Source: Leucoraja ocellata (lineage: Eukaryota). Taken from it: a stretch of DNA of 64,000 bases. The position numbers and the translations under genes are program-made. A model generated the notes under the pieces. That model did not search any database. It was not told where the DNA came from and worked only from the letters and a program-made list of their open reading frames with translations. Shown piece after piece: positions 11,101 through 22,238 of this stretch (the first letter of the stretch is position 1; each line of letters starts with the position of its first letter). The stretch is from positions 186,001-250,000 of the forward strand of contig JAWMAR010000201.1 of assembly GCA_036785375.1 (NCBI GenBank). The letters run 5' to 3'.

Positions 11101-14100
11101 CTCACCGTACACTTCCAGTCGGACTCTCGTCAAAGTTTCATCTCCTGAACTTGTAACAACAACCACCTCGTAAACACCAGCGTCCTTTCTCCGTAGATCA
11201 CGGATTTCCAGGCTGAAGTTCCCGCGGTGAAGAGTTACCCGTCCCATGTAATTGGCGTTCTTGTACTCAATATTCCCATTCCTGTGTACCGCTATCTTTA
11301 ATCTGGGTGATGTCCTCCTCCACACAACTTCCTCAACGTCCGATGTGACTGTGATGCCAACAGGTAAGGAGACCGAGTGTCCCCGAGCTCCGGTCACGGT
11401 GTCAGCGGCGGCCCCAGTCCCAGCTGAGGAGACAAGAGAGGCAGTCAGCAGGAGAGCTCAGAGACTGGAGGAGGAATCGGAGCTGGGAGAATCACAGATC
11501 ACAGGAGCAGGCCATGCGGCCCATCGTCTGGCTCCCGGCTCTGTTAGAGACCCGGCCCACATCTGTTTCCCTATACTCCCCAGAGCCCTACCATTCACGG
11601 TGTTTGCACTACTTTTTTTACTCCTCTCACAATGCATTGCATCATCTTTATTAGTGATACATCCATCTGTCATTGTTCCATCCATCCTATCAGCTCATCA
11701 ATATCATCCTGTAGTCTCCAGCTGTTGTCCTTTATGTCAACACAATAACCAATGTTTGTGTTATCTGTGAATTTATTAATCACACCTCCTACATTTACAT
11801 CCGTTACTAATGTGTCAATAGACTTTATGGGTCACAGCACTGATCTCTATGGGACATCGCTGATTGTAATCTCTCGATCACTGAAGCAGCCTTCCACCAT
11901 CATTCTGCTCCCTATTATCGAGCCAATTTTGCCAACTTGCTCTGGGTCCCATGGACCTTTAAAATTTGTCTAGTTTCCAATGTCCAAGGTCTTACAGGTA
12001 GGCCGGTGGATTATATGCCCTAATTAATATATATTGTCACCACTTCTTAATAGGTCACAGTGGATTGACCACAAATAAAACCAAGCTGACAATCTTTGAC
12101 GAAACCCAGCCTTTCAAAGTAATTAATCATGTCTTATTTTTTTCCAATAACTCCCCTACCTCTGATGTTAGGCCTGTAATTACTGGAGCATCCTCGATGT
12201 ACTTCACTCCTAAAGTTAAGGTTCACCATCAAGGACAAATGCGTATACCTTCACCAGGCACCCTGTGGCTGCGTACTAAAGACAGAGCCTGGCCACAAAA
12301 TGTGGCTTAAGCCCAAAGGCGTGCAGAATTCCAAAAAGATTTTTTGTTTTTTTAATTAAATATGTTATTTACAGCTTTATTATTAACATTATAACCTAAA
12401 CTATGAAAATGAAAAAAAGAAAAGAAAAAGAAAACAAGAAAGAAAAAAAATAGATAGTGAAAAGATAGATCGAAAAAGAACAAAAGAAAGTCCCCTAAAC
12501 TACCAAAGTAGTGTGGCAGAAAGATATAGAAATAAGAAAAAAGAAAGGTGGAGATATACCTTGCCCCTCGTCCCCCCCCCCCCCCCCCCCCCCCCCCACG
12601 CCCACCTCATCCAACCCAGCATCGGATTTAAATTTAAATTTGTGTTGCACCATGCTATTGTTGTAAGAATTCGGTAAAGGGTGTCCATGTCTTAAGAAAT
12701 TGATCTGTTTTTTCCGCCAAGACAAGCCTAATGTTTTCCAAATGTAGTGTCTCAGACATGTTTGTGAACCACATCTTCACTGTAGGGACTGTTGTGTCTG
12801 TTTCCAAAATTTAAGTATTAATTTTTTCGCCATTTTCAGACCATAGTTAAGGAAACGTCTTTGAAATATCGTTAGCTCAGACATACCTAGTGTGATCAAT
12901 TTTATGTTGTGATCCAATTTAGTTTAAAGTATTTTAGAAAATATATCAAAAATTCCCCTCCAGAAGTTTTGTAATTTTGTCCAGGAAACAAAAGAATGTG
13001 TTATGGTTGCTTCTTAGAGGAGACATTTATCACAGATAGGAGAGACATTTGGGAAGATCTTGTTCAACTTAGACTTTGAATAATAGAGTCTATGCAGTAT
13101 TTTAAATTGTACTAGTGAGTGCCTAACATTAAGAGAACAGTAATGCATACAGTGGCTTGCAAAAGTATTCATACCCCTTGAACTTTTCCACATTTTGTCA
13201 CGTTACAACCACAAACGTAAATGTATTTTATTGGGATTTTATGTGATAGACCAACACAAAGTGGTTCATAATTGTGAAGTGGAAGGAAAATGATACATGG
13301 TTTTCACATTTTTTTACAAATAAAAAACTGAAAAGTGTGGCATGCAAAAGTATTCAGCCCCCTTTACTCTGATACCCCTAAATAAGATGCAGTGCAACCA
13401 ATTGCTTTCAGAAGTCACCTAATTAGTAAATAGAGTCCACTTGTGTGCAATCTAATCTCAGTATAAATACAGCTGTTCTGTGAAGGCCTCAGAGGTTTGT
13501 TAGAAAACATTAGTGAACAAACAGCATCATGAAGCCCAAGGAACACACCAGACAGGTCAGGGATAAAGTTGTGGAGAAGTTTAAAGCAGGGTTAGGTTAT
13601 AAAAAAATATCCCAAGCTTTGAACATCTCACGGAGCACTGTTTAATCCATCATCTGAAAATGGAAAGAGTATGGCACAACTGCAAACCTACCAAGACATG
13701 GCCGTCCACCTAAACTGACAGGCCGGGCAAGGCGAGCATTGATCAGAGAAGCAGCCAAGAGGCCCATGGTAACTCTGGAGGAGCTGCAGAGATCCACAGC
13801 TCAGGTGGGAGAATCTGTCCACAGGACAACTATTAATCGTGCACTCCACAAATCGGGCCTTTATGGAAGAGTGGCAAGAAGAAAGCCATTGTTGAAAAAA
13901 AGCCATAAGAAGTCCCGTTTGCAGTTTGCCACAAGCAATGTGGGGGACACAGCAAACATGTGGAGGAAGGTGCTCTGGTCAGATGAGACCAAAATTGAAA
14001 TGTTTGGCCTAAATGCAAAACGCTATGTGTGACGGAAAACTAACACAGCACATCACCCTGAACACACCATCCCCACTGTGAAACATGGTGGTGGCAGCAT

Positions 14101-17100
14101 CATGCTGTGGGGATGCTTTTCTTCAGCAGGGACAGGGAAGCTGGTCAGAGTTGATGGGAAGATGGATGGAGCCAAATACAGGGCAATCTTGGAAGAAAAC
14201 CTGTTAGAGTCTGCAAAAGACTTGAGACTGGGGCGGAGGTTCACCTTCCAGCAGGACAACGACCCTAAACATACAGCCAGAGCTACAATGAAATGATTTA
14301 GATCAAAGCATATTCATGTGTTAGAATGGCCCAGTCAAAGTCCAGACCTAAATCCAATTGAGAATCTCTGGCAAGACTTGAAAATTGCTGTTCACAGACG
14401 CTCTCCATCCAATCTGACTGAGCTTGAGCTATTTTGCAAAGAAGAATGGGCAAACATTTCAGTCTCTAGATGTGCAAAGCTGGTAGAAACATACCCCAAA
14501 AAAGTTGCAGCTGTAATTGCAGCGAAAGGTGGCTCTACAACGTATTGACTCGGGGGGGCTGAATACTTTTGCACGCCACACTTTTCAATTTTTTCACATA
14601 GTCTCCTATTTGAAGATATCTGAAGTAATGACTACATTTCAAATGATATTTCAACTGTAATTCTTGAAACGAGAGGAAGGTCCCCATTTCATAAAGGTCT
14701 CCCAGCTTTTGAATTCCTAAGCTTTCCCATTGTACAAACGCCTTGTCTAAAGTAGACGGTTTAAACAAGGGATTATTGGCGATTGGTAAGAGGAGAGATC
14801 AATTTCTTAATTTAAGGATAGATTTCAACTGCTTCCAGATTTGTAAAGTGCTAGAGTTGGATGATCAGCCATGATCATATTGAATGGCGGTGCAGGCTCG
14901 AAGGGCCGAATGGCCTACTCCTGCACCTATTTTCTATGTTTCTATGGATTAACGGATTTTTCGATTTCTTCAGATGTATTGGAGAGAGAAGAATCGCCCC
15001 TATATTGAAAGGCAAACAATCTTATCTCTCCATTTTTATCCAGTTTACTAGTTGGCATGCATCGTCCATCCAGTAGATTACATTTTTAATATTAGTTGCC
15101 CAGTAATAGAGAAGAAAATTAGGGAGAGCCAGTCCACCGATTTCTTTAGGTTTAGATAAATGTTGTTTGTGAATTCTGTGAGTTTTATAATCCCTGATAA
15201 ATCACAGAGTCGAGTTATTTAAACAAGTTTTTAGGGAGGAAAATCGGTATTGATTGAAATAGGTACAGGAGTTGTGGAAGGGAAACCATCTTTATGGCAT
15301 TTACTCTACCTATAAGGGAAATCGGAAGTGTTTTCCAAAATTGAATAATGGCATTTAATTTGGTGATTCATGGTGGAAAATTTGCTTGAAATAAGGAAGG
15401 TTATTTTCTAGTCACATAGACTCCAAGATATTTAAATTTTTCCGTAGCAATTCTAAAGGGACATTTTAGGAGGTATGAAGAGTCTTGAGGTTTTATCGGC
15501 ATAATTTAACTTTTGTTCCAGTTTATTCTATACCCTGAGAAGGAGCGAATTGTTCTATGAGATTTAGTATATTTTCGATACTGACTTGGGAGTTGATAAT
15601 ATAGAATGGTACATCGTCTGCAAATAACAAAATCTTATTATTAGTATATTTAGTATTATAGCCATGAATGCTCGGATATTCTCTTATACTTTCAACTAAG
15701 GGTTCTATAGCAGGGGCAAATAACATTGGTGATAATGCGCACCCTTGTCTATTGACCTTGCATATTTGAAATTTAGGTGAGAGAGTTTGATTAGTCAGTA
15801 TTCTGGCAGTCAGATTGTTATATAACAACTTTATCCATGAAATAAAATTTTCTCCTAGGAATTTTTGCAAGAGATATTCCCATTCTACTTAGTAAAATGC
15901 TTTTTCTGCATCTAAGGAAATAATTGATAAGTCTTCATTTATCGTTCTGTGTAAGTTCATTATATTAAACAAGCGTCTCAAGTTATTGAACGAATGTCTC
16001 TTGGGTATAAACCCAGTTTGATCAGAGTGTATTAATTTACTAGCGTACTTACTTAGTCTTCTTGGCAGGGTTTTAGCTAATATTTTCTGGTCTGTATTTA
16101 AAAGAGCTATTGCTCTATATGATCCTGGATCTTCAAGATCATTATCTTTTTTGGGTATCAGTGTAATAGTTGATTCAGCTAAAGTTTGTGGTAATGTCTG
16201 TTCTTTAAATGCGTGTATATAAAGGGCATGTAAGCAAGGAGAAATTAATTCATGATTTTTTAAAAATTCGTTACTGAACCCATCTGGGCCTGCCGTTTTA
16301 CCATTATTCAGTGATTTTATTAAATAACGATAAAACGCCAGGCCTCTTCAATATCTTTTACTGTAATCTGCGCTCCTAATTCTTCGCGTTCCGCCACATT
16401 GAGTGACAGAAGATTGCAATTGTCAAGGACGTTTTAAATCTTTATAGTTTCTACTGAAGTTTTAGATGTGTATACATTTTGATAGAATTTAAAAAATCTT
16501 TCATTGATATCTTTATGGAGTGTAAGCAGCTCACCTTTTTCTGATCTAATTTTTTGGATGGTGTGATCTTTTTCCATTTTTCTGTGCTGACGTGCCAGGA
16601 GTTTATGCAGTTTCATAGCAAAAGGATTTGAGTATATGAGCAGGGAGGTTCTACTGCAGTTGTACAGGGTCTTGGTGAGACCACACCTGGAGTATTGCAT
16701 ACAGTTTTGGTATTAATCTGAGGAAGGACATTCTTGCCATAGAGGGGGTATGGAGAAGGTTCACCAGACTGATTCCTGAAATGTCAGGACTTTCATATGA
16801 AGAAAGACTGGATAGACTTGGCTTGTACTCGCTAGAATTTAGAATTTTGAGGGTGGATCTTATAGAAACTTACAAAATTCTTAAGGGGTTGGACAGGCTA
16901 GATGCAGGAAGATTGTTCCCGATGTTGGGGAAGTCCAGAACAAGGGGTCACAGTTTAAGGATGAAGGGGAAATCTTTTAGGACTGAAATGAGAAAAACAT
17001 ATTTTACGCAGAGTTGTGAATCTCTGGAACTCTCTGCCACAGAATGTAGTTGAGGCCAGTTCATTGGTTATATTTAAGAGGGAGTTAGATATGGCCCTTG

Positions 17101-17976
17101 TGGCTAAAGGGATCAGGAGGTATGGAGAGAAAGCAGGTACAGGATACTGAATTGGATGATCAGCCGTGATCATATTGAATGGTGGTGCAGGCTCGAAGGG
17201 CCAAATGGCCTACTCCTGCACCTATTTTCTATGTTTCTACGTCACCAAATTCAAAGTTTTTTGCTTAGTGTATTGAAATAACTTAATAACTCTTGCAGAA
17301 AGAATTAGATTTAACTTGAATTTTAATACTGCTATCTTATTGTGTTTGTCAATAGAGGGATCGGTAGCATTTTCCAAATCAAACTGTCTAATCTGTTCCT
17401 CTAATTCCAATTGTTCCGACCGTTTTTTTTAATTTTGATACGCTTGATATGAGATAATAGAACCTCTGATAAAGGCCTTAAAAGATTCCCATAATAAAGA
17501 GGCCGAAATACCAGGTGTGTCATTTGTCTCATAAAATAGTTCCATCTGTTGCTTCAAATATTCACAGGGCAACTTCATTTATACATTTCAAATTTGTTGA
17601 TCCCACTCCCCCACGGTTTAATTTAAAGCCCTCTCTACAGCCCTGTTTAAGCAATTCCACAGGATCCTGGTCCCATCATGGTTCACATGCATTCCGTCCC
17701 ATGGGAACAGCTCCCTCCTTCCCCAATACTGATGCCAGTGTCTCACAAAGTGAAACCCAGTTCTCCCACACCAATCTTTCCCATCACGTACCATACCTGC
17801 CCGCACTTATGACAATAAACCCGGCTTGACTTGCTGAGAAGTTTCGAGTTTCCAGTCTGCAAAAGCAAAGCAGTCCCCAGAGGTTAAGTGAAATACAATA
17901 ACTAAATCAGAATAAACTCACGGATTGAGATGGGGAGAGATAGCCAGAAGCAGCTGAGCAGGCACCTGATGTCCAT
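2082..17976 (-). CDS. Gene A: CD2/SLAM-family receptor (SLAMF9/CD48/teleost CD2f-like), 5 exons, 267 aa
   Basis: Exons 17976-17922 (55 nt), 11423-11106 (318), 4974-4693 (282), 4202-4104 (99) and 2131-2082 (50) total 804 nt with no internal stop. All donors are GTGAGT, all acceptors are pyrimidine tract + CAG, and all introns are phase 1. The product is signal peptide, IgV without the B-F disulfide, IgC2 with 4 Cys, TM and a short tail, which is the CD2/SLAM layout. Confidence 0.88.
2845..3990 (-). mobile_element. Penelope-like element fragment (GIY-YIG endonuclease), gene A intron 4
   Basis: [11 protein letters not shown]...[36 protein letters not shown]. Confidence 0.88.
4104..4202 (-). CDS. 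Gene A exon 4, stalk and transmembrane segment ([33 protein letters not shown])
   Basis: 99-nt phase 1-1 exon with tcttctttcaccag acceptor and gtgagt donor. Hydrophobic helix, conserved in gene B. Confidence 0.85.
4350..4612 (+). mobile_element. Tx1-type LINE 3' end remnant
   Basis: Matches 41560-41770, the 3' end of the Tx1 element in gene B, and ends in AATAAA plus an A-rich tail. Confidence 0.7.
4693..4974 (-). CDS. Gene A exon 3, IgC2 domain
   Basis: EPVSGTQI...ICDFTLTC...FTWWR...[10 protein letters not shown]...DICK: EPV start, CxxxLxC, YxCxAxNPVS and terminal Cys typical of CD2-family membrane-proximal domains. Confidence 0.93.
5475..6000. repeat. Unclassified interspersed repeat with a (TAGAA)n end; relatives at ~28815-29400, 49410-49640 and 56200-56480
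   Basis: Absent from the gene B intron. Shares the aacatccaccacagtga...cctcactgtg motif with the other copies. Confidence 0.55.
6270..8650 (-). mobile_element. Old CR1 LINE fragment (duplicate at ~42895-44760)
   Basis: [61 protein letters not shown]. Confidence 0.88.
6941..7404 (-). mobile_element. 5' end of a THAP-domain DNA transposon, inserted in the CR1 of gene A only
   Basis: ORF 7262-7011 [12 protein letters not shown]...FRIPK...RVCSLHF is a THAP C2CH zinc finger. Absent from the paralogous CR1 at ~43575. Confidence 0.7.
9150..9345 (+). mobile_element. L2-type LINE 3' tail
   Basis: tgtaaaccactttgg...gtgctatagaaataaaagtgacttgact resembles L2 (Maui-like) 3' termini. Confidence 0.55.
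9409..10720 (-). pseudogene. ZFP36: ZFP36/tristetraprolin-family pseudogene fragment in gene A intron 2, split by a HER1 insertion
   Basis: 10460-10345 reads [33 protein letters not shown] (decayed tandem CCCH fingers). 9633-9409 ends [36 protein letters not shown] (TTP-family C-terminal NOT1-binding motif). The exact paralogue (ZFP36, L1 or L2) is uncertain. Confidence 0.85.
9642..10269 (+). mobile_element. HER1/CR1 LINE inserted into the ZFP36 fragment
   Basis: [34 protein letters not shown]...; flanked by a GAGTC direct repeat (putative TSD). Confidence 0.92.
10720..11075. repeat. C-rich tandem array of (CCCCC..CGGTCTCT)n
   Basis: About 15 irregular units of ggtctct followed by poly-C. 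G-rich on the transcribed strand. Confidence 0.85.
11106..11423 (-). CDS. Gene A exon 2, IgV domain
   Basis: [20 protein letters not shown]...EVVWRR...[27 protein letters not shown]...VRLEVY: C-strand Trp, SLxIxxLxxxDxGxY motif, no canonical Cys pair. Splice sites ctcctcag| and |gtgagt. Confidence 0.93.
13150..14595 (+). mobile_element. Tc1 (IR/DR-type, DD34E) transposon with inactive transposase 13529-14548
   Basis: TA|CAGTGGCTTGCAAAAGTATT left end and inner DR at ~13333. 340-codon frame with [31 protein letters not shown] and 4 in-frame stops. The right end keeps only the inner DR. Confidence 0.93.
16612..17240 (+). mobile_element. HER1/CR1 LINE 3' fragment
   Basis: [17 protein letters not shown] and the HER1 tail. 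Confidence 0.9.
17922..17976 (-). CDS. Gene A exon 1 (signal peptide [18 protein letters not shown])
   Basis: ATG at 17976, 18 mostly hydrophobic codons plus 1 nt, then a GTGAGT donor. Homologous exons lie at 50412-50358 and 62887-62833. Confidence 0.85.
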
Positions 17977-18039
17977 CAGTATCCAGGAACCAGTGTGAGG
18001 GCACACCTGACTTGTCACGACAGACACAACGAGGAAGGG

Positions 18040-18195
18040 ATGGGGTTCAGTAGAGCATTGGGAGAGAGGACAGACTTCCCTCAAAGTCAACGCCCTCCTA
18101 CTCTGCTTGTTCCGTGCAAGTGAGTAGACAATTGAGAGATGGACAGGAAGCCAGTGTGGGAGGTGGCAGATTAATATGAGAAGCCACAAAGCAAA
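18040..18195 (-). promoter_or_regulatory. Putative promoter of gene A (ETS-like GGAA cores), conserved in B (~50490-50640) and C (~63000-63150)
   Basis: Blocks gagatggacaggaag[c/t]ca[g/c]tgtgggagg, gacttccctca and agaagccacaaa are retained about 100-250 nt upstream of all three ATGs. Confidence 0.5.
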
Positions 18196-18949
18196 GCTGA
18201 GTGCTGCAGAATAGCTGGAGGAAGGACAGGCAGCAAGACCACAGTCCTGAGGCTCGCACTTCAGGGGCACCAATGAGCTTCTCCTCGGTCTAGTTGCTCT
18301 CCCCTTCTCTCTTCCCACTTCTAACACAGCCCAATTGCTGCTCATTATCACAACCACCTTAAAAGGAGTAAGACTATTGTCTCTCAGTCCCTCTCTCTTT
18401 GGACCAGGATATTTGTACACACTGGTGTCTCTCAGCCCCTTTCACTCAGGGGAATATCTGTACACTGACTGGTGTCCCTCAATCCCTCTCTCCAGGGGCA
18501 TCTACATGAGTCCCCAGGTTAACACAGATTCTGTTCCTCAGAACTCTGTCGGTTGGAAATGATCATCAATGGTGTGTGGCAGTGAAACAGCTGTGACTGG
18601 AGAGCTACAAGGCATGGGGTAAATGGCTACTAGTTGCCTTCACTGACTTAGCGAGTGAGTAGGTCATTCTGCTCAGCGCTCCTAGCTATGGTTGGATCAA
18701 CCCAGCCCACGATTGCAGAGGTTTGGGGGTGGGTGGTGGCAGAGGGCATGTGGGGATGTCCTGTGCCCACCTGACAGAAGGTGCCTGCAGTAGCTGCAAA
18801 TCCATCCTCATCCACCCCGGCGGCCTCACTAATGGGCTGTCCATGTCGGGCATTTGAAACGCGAGGAGGGTTAGCATCTGTATCTGTACACTGACTCATG
18901 ACTGTCTCTGGAGCCACAGGAGATGAGAAAGGTCCTCCATGAACATTTC

Positions 18950-19310
18950 TCCAAGGGGCTGGACAGGCTAGATGCAGGAAGATTGTTCCCGATGTTGGGG
19001 AAGTCCAGGACAAGGGGTCACAGCTTAAGGATAAGGGGGAAATCCTTTAAAACCGAGATGAGAAAAACTTTTTTCACACAGAGAGTGGTGAATCTCTGGA
19101 ACTCTCTGCCACAGAGGGTAGTTGAGGCCAGTTCATTGGCTATATTTAAGAGGGAGTTAGATGTGGCCCTGTGGCTAAGGGGATCAGAGGGTATGGAGAG
19201 AAGGCAGGTACGGGATACTAAGTTGGATGATCAGCCATGATCATATTGAATGGCGGTGCAGGCTCGAAGGGCCGAATGGCCTACTCCTGCACCTAATTTC
19301 TATGTTTTTA
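18950..19310 (+). mobile_element. HER1/CR1 LINE 3' fragment
   Basis: [23 protein letters not shown]; absent from unit 2 at ~51330. Confidence 0.9.
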
Positions 19311-19753
19311 CCATGGAGAAGGACATAAAGACTAGGTTTCTTGGAAAGGGTAATGGAGAAGTCTTGGAGTTAGTCCGCTTACAGTAGAGGAGGCGCTGAA
19401 CATACTAAATCATATGAAGGTAGATAAAATTCCATGGCCTGATCAGATTTACTCAGGAACACTCCAGGAAGTAAGAGAAGAATTTATGGGATCCCCGGCT
19501 GAGATACATGGGTGAGGTACCAGAAGATTGGACAGTGGTTGACGTTGTGCCTGAGAAAATTCTGGGACGTATATAGTAAGCCTCACATCTATGGTAGGTA
19601 AGTTACTGGAGGGAATTCAGAGGGATAAGACTGGATACTGGAGGGGATTCAGGGGCATTATTTGGAAAGATGGGTTGATTAATGATGGTCAGCATGTCTA
19701 TTTGCATGGGAGATCGTGTCTCATGAATTTGATTGAGATTTTGGAGGAAGTAA

Positions 19754-20548
19754 TGTAACTATGCTCTCTACAGCTCACCCCCATAGTCTCGTTCAGTAAA
19801 ACACTGAGTCAAGCACTGGATCAACTAATTCCTTATTCTCACTAACACAAACGAACTTCCTATACGAAACTTAACCAACACTGCGGGTCCGATCCTTGTC
19901 TTTACTCGTCCAAGCCCTTCAGCCTCGTGCAAATAGACACCTCCAGACAGTCACACAGTCCCAAGTGCACTTCCAGAAGATCGACTCCGATCCATGTGGT
20001 GTCCCCTCTTATACTGTATCAGACCCGTGGTGCGAAACTATATGGGGGGGGGGGGGGGGGGGCAACCCCACAAGCCAATCACAAATAAATATATAATACA
20101 TTTATTGTCAATTCCCTAACCCAATCACAAAATGTACAATTATATTGTTTCCACAGAAGGTTCTAGTTGGAAGACAGTTCACCAAAGCAAAGAAACATTT
20201 CCCCAGGTAACATAAACAATTTGAACAAGGTTCCATACTTTGACCAATCACAAGATAACAGCACAAACACTCTGCAACATTATTAACAATACAACACCTC
20301 ATTCTATAACCAATCCTGACCATGCATTTGCAACCCTGCTCAGCTTGTTCCGCAAAACCTTCACACATATTAACAATAGGGTGGAAATCTGAGTATCACC
20401 TTGTACTTGCATCTTCCCAGGGTCCAGACACCATGGGGCCATGACACATTGCTCTGCAGCTTTTCACAGAAAGAGAACAGGCAGGCTTTGCAAGTGCAGA
20501 GATTCTCCATTTTGTGACATATTTATTTGGCCAATATTATCATTTACG
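19754..20548 (-). mobile_element. Solo LTR
   Basis: TGTAA...TTACG ends with a GTAA 4-bp TSD. Absent in unit 2. Diverged inverted homologue of 21495-22238. Confidence 0.65.
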
Positions 20549-21494
20549 GTAAATGAGGGCAGGATGGTAGATGGAGTCTTTGTGGATTTCAGCAAGCCTT
20601 TGATCATGTTCCACATCTCAGGAAGGTTAAATCACATGGAATACAGGGAGATCTATTTGGATACCTAATTGGCTTTACGGTAGGAAACAGAGACATACTG
20701 CACAGAAACAGGTTTTCTTAATGCTGACATGCCTCAGAATCATGAAGACCCGCATGCCAAAAGACCTCTCACCACCCAGCAAACAGTGGTGCTACTTTGT
20801 ACCCCTAGGTTCCTCATTCTACAATGAGGAGTGATGGTGGAAGTTTGTTTTCAGACTGGAGGTCCAGGATGAGTGGTGTGCCTTAAGGGTCGATGCTGGG
20901 TCCATTGCTGTTTATCATCTATATCAATGATTTGGATGTGAATGGTCAAGGTACAGTTAGTAAGTCTGCAGATGATACTAAAATAGTGGAATCATGGACA
21001 TTGAAGAAGTTATCAACAACCTTTGATCCTGCTCAGCTGGGTAGGTGGGCTGAAAATGGCAAATGTAATTTAATTCAGGTAAGAGCAAGGGTTTGCATTT
21101 GTGACATCTAGCTCTGTATGACATTCGCAATAAAAAGGAGGGCCCTAGGAGTCATTGTAGAATGAGGAACCTAGGGGTACAAAGTAGCACCACTGTATGC
21201 GGGGTGGTGAGAGGTCTTCATCATTCTGAGGCATGTCAGCATTAAGAAAACCTGTTTCTGTGCAGTATGTCTCTTTGACCTGATGACACCATGATATTTC
21301 TTAGTCCCTCTCTCTCAGGGGAGGGATAACTGTACACTGACTGGAGTATCGCAGTCCCTCTCGATCGGAGAGATATCTGCACACTGACTAGTGTATCACA
21401 GTCCATCTCTCTCGGGGGAGACTGACTTGTCTCTCAGTGCTTCTCTGGGGTGGTGATGGTGGCAGAGGCGGCGGCGGTGGTTGTGACGGTGATG

Positions 21495-22238
21495 GTAGGG
21501 GTGATAATATTGGCCAATTTCGTACGTGACATAATGGAGGATCTCTGCCTGTGCAAAACCTGTTTCGCAACTTTCTGGAAAAGGTGCAAAAGAAAGCTAA
21601 GTACTGGGTGATGTCCAGATGTCCCCTCAATTGTTAATATATATGAGGGTTTTACAGAGAGAGCTGAGCTTTTCTGCAAATGCATTATCTGGATTGGTTG
21701 GGGAAAGATATGTTATGATACCACTGCTAACTATGTTGCATGGTCTTTGCACTGTTATCTTGGGGTCAAGGGAAGGGACCTTGCTCGAATTGTTTGATAC
21801 CTGGTTAAATGTTTCTTTATTTAGGGGAACTGTCTTCCATTCAAAACTTTGTAGAAACAATGTAATGGAGGTATTTTGTGATTGGGTTAGGGAACTGTCA
21901 ATTAATGTATTGTATGACCTTTATTTATGATTGGTTTGTAGGAGTTGCCCCCCCCCCCCCCCCCCCCATGTATTTCACGCAACGGGTCCGATACAGTATA
22001 TAAGATACAGCACATGAGGCTGGGTCGATCTTCTAGGGGAGCACTTGGGACTGTGCTGACCATCTCGAGGTGTCTATTCGCACGAAGCTGAAGGGCTTGG
22101 ACGAATAGAAACAAGGATCAGACCCGCGGTGTTGGTTAGGTATCGTTAGTGTGTTCGTGTTTGACAATAAAAAGTGTTTAGTTGATCCAGTGTTTTACTG
22201 AACCAGACTAACGGGGAGGGATTTGGAGCAGAATTACA
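21495..22238 (+). mobile_element. Solo LTR, same family as 19754-20548
   Basis: Ends TTACA, with TATATAA at ~21998 and AATAAA at ~22166. Absent in unit 2 at ~53260. Confidence 0.65.

Larger units (their letters stand above)
12340..17560 (-). mobile_element. L1-clade LINE (ORF2 remnant), gene A intron 1, with nested Tc1 and HER1
   Basis: [28 protein letters not shown]-terminal Cys/His region near 13000, T-rich (polyA) end near 12340-12480. Absent from gene B. Confidence 0.85.

Noticed and set aside
10570-11173. Long Pro-rich and Gly-rich ORFs
   Set aside because: Artefacts of the C-rich tandem array; homopolymer lengths may also be sequencing errors.
11106-11423. Rearranging Ig/TCR/NAR V segment
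   Set aside because: No B/F-strand cysteines, the G strand is encoded within the exon, and it ends in a splice donor rather than an RSS.
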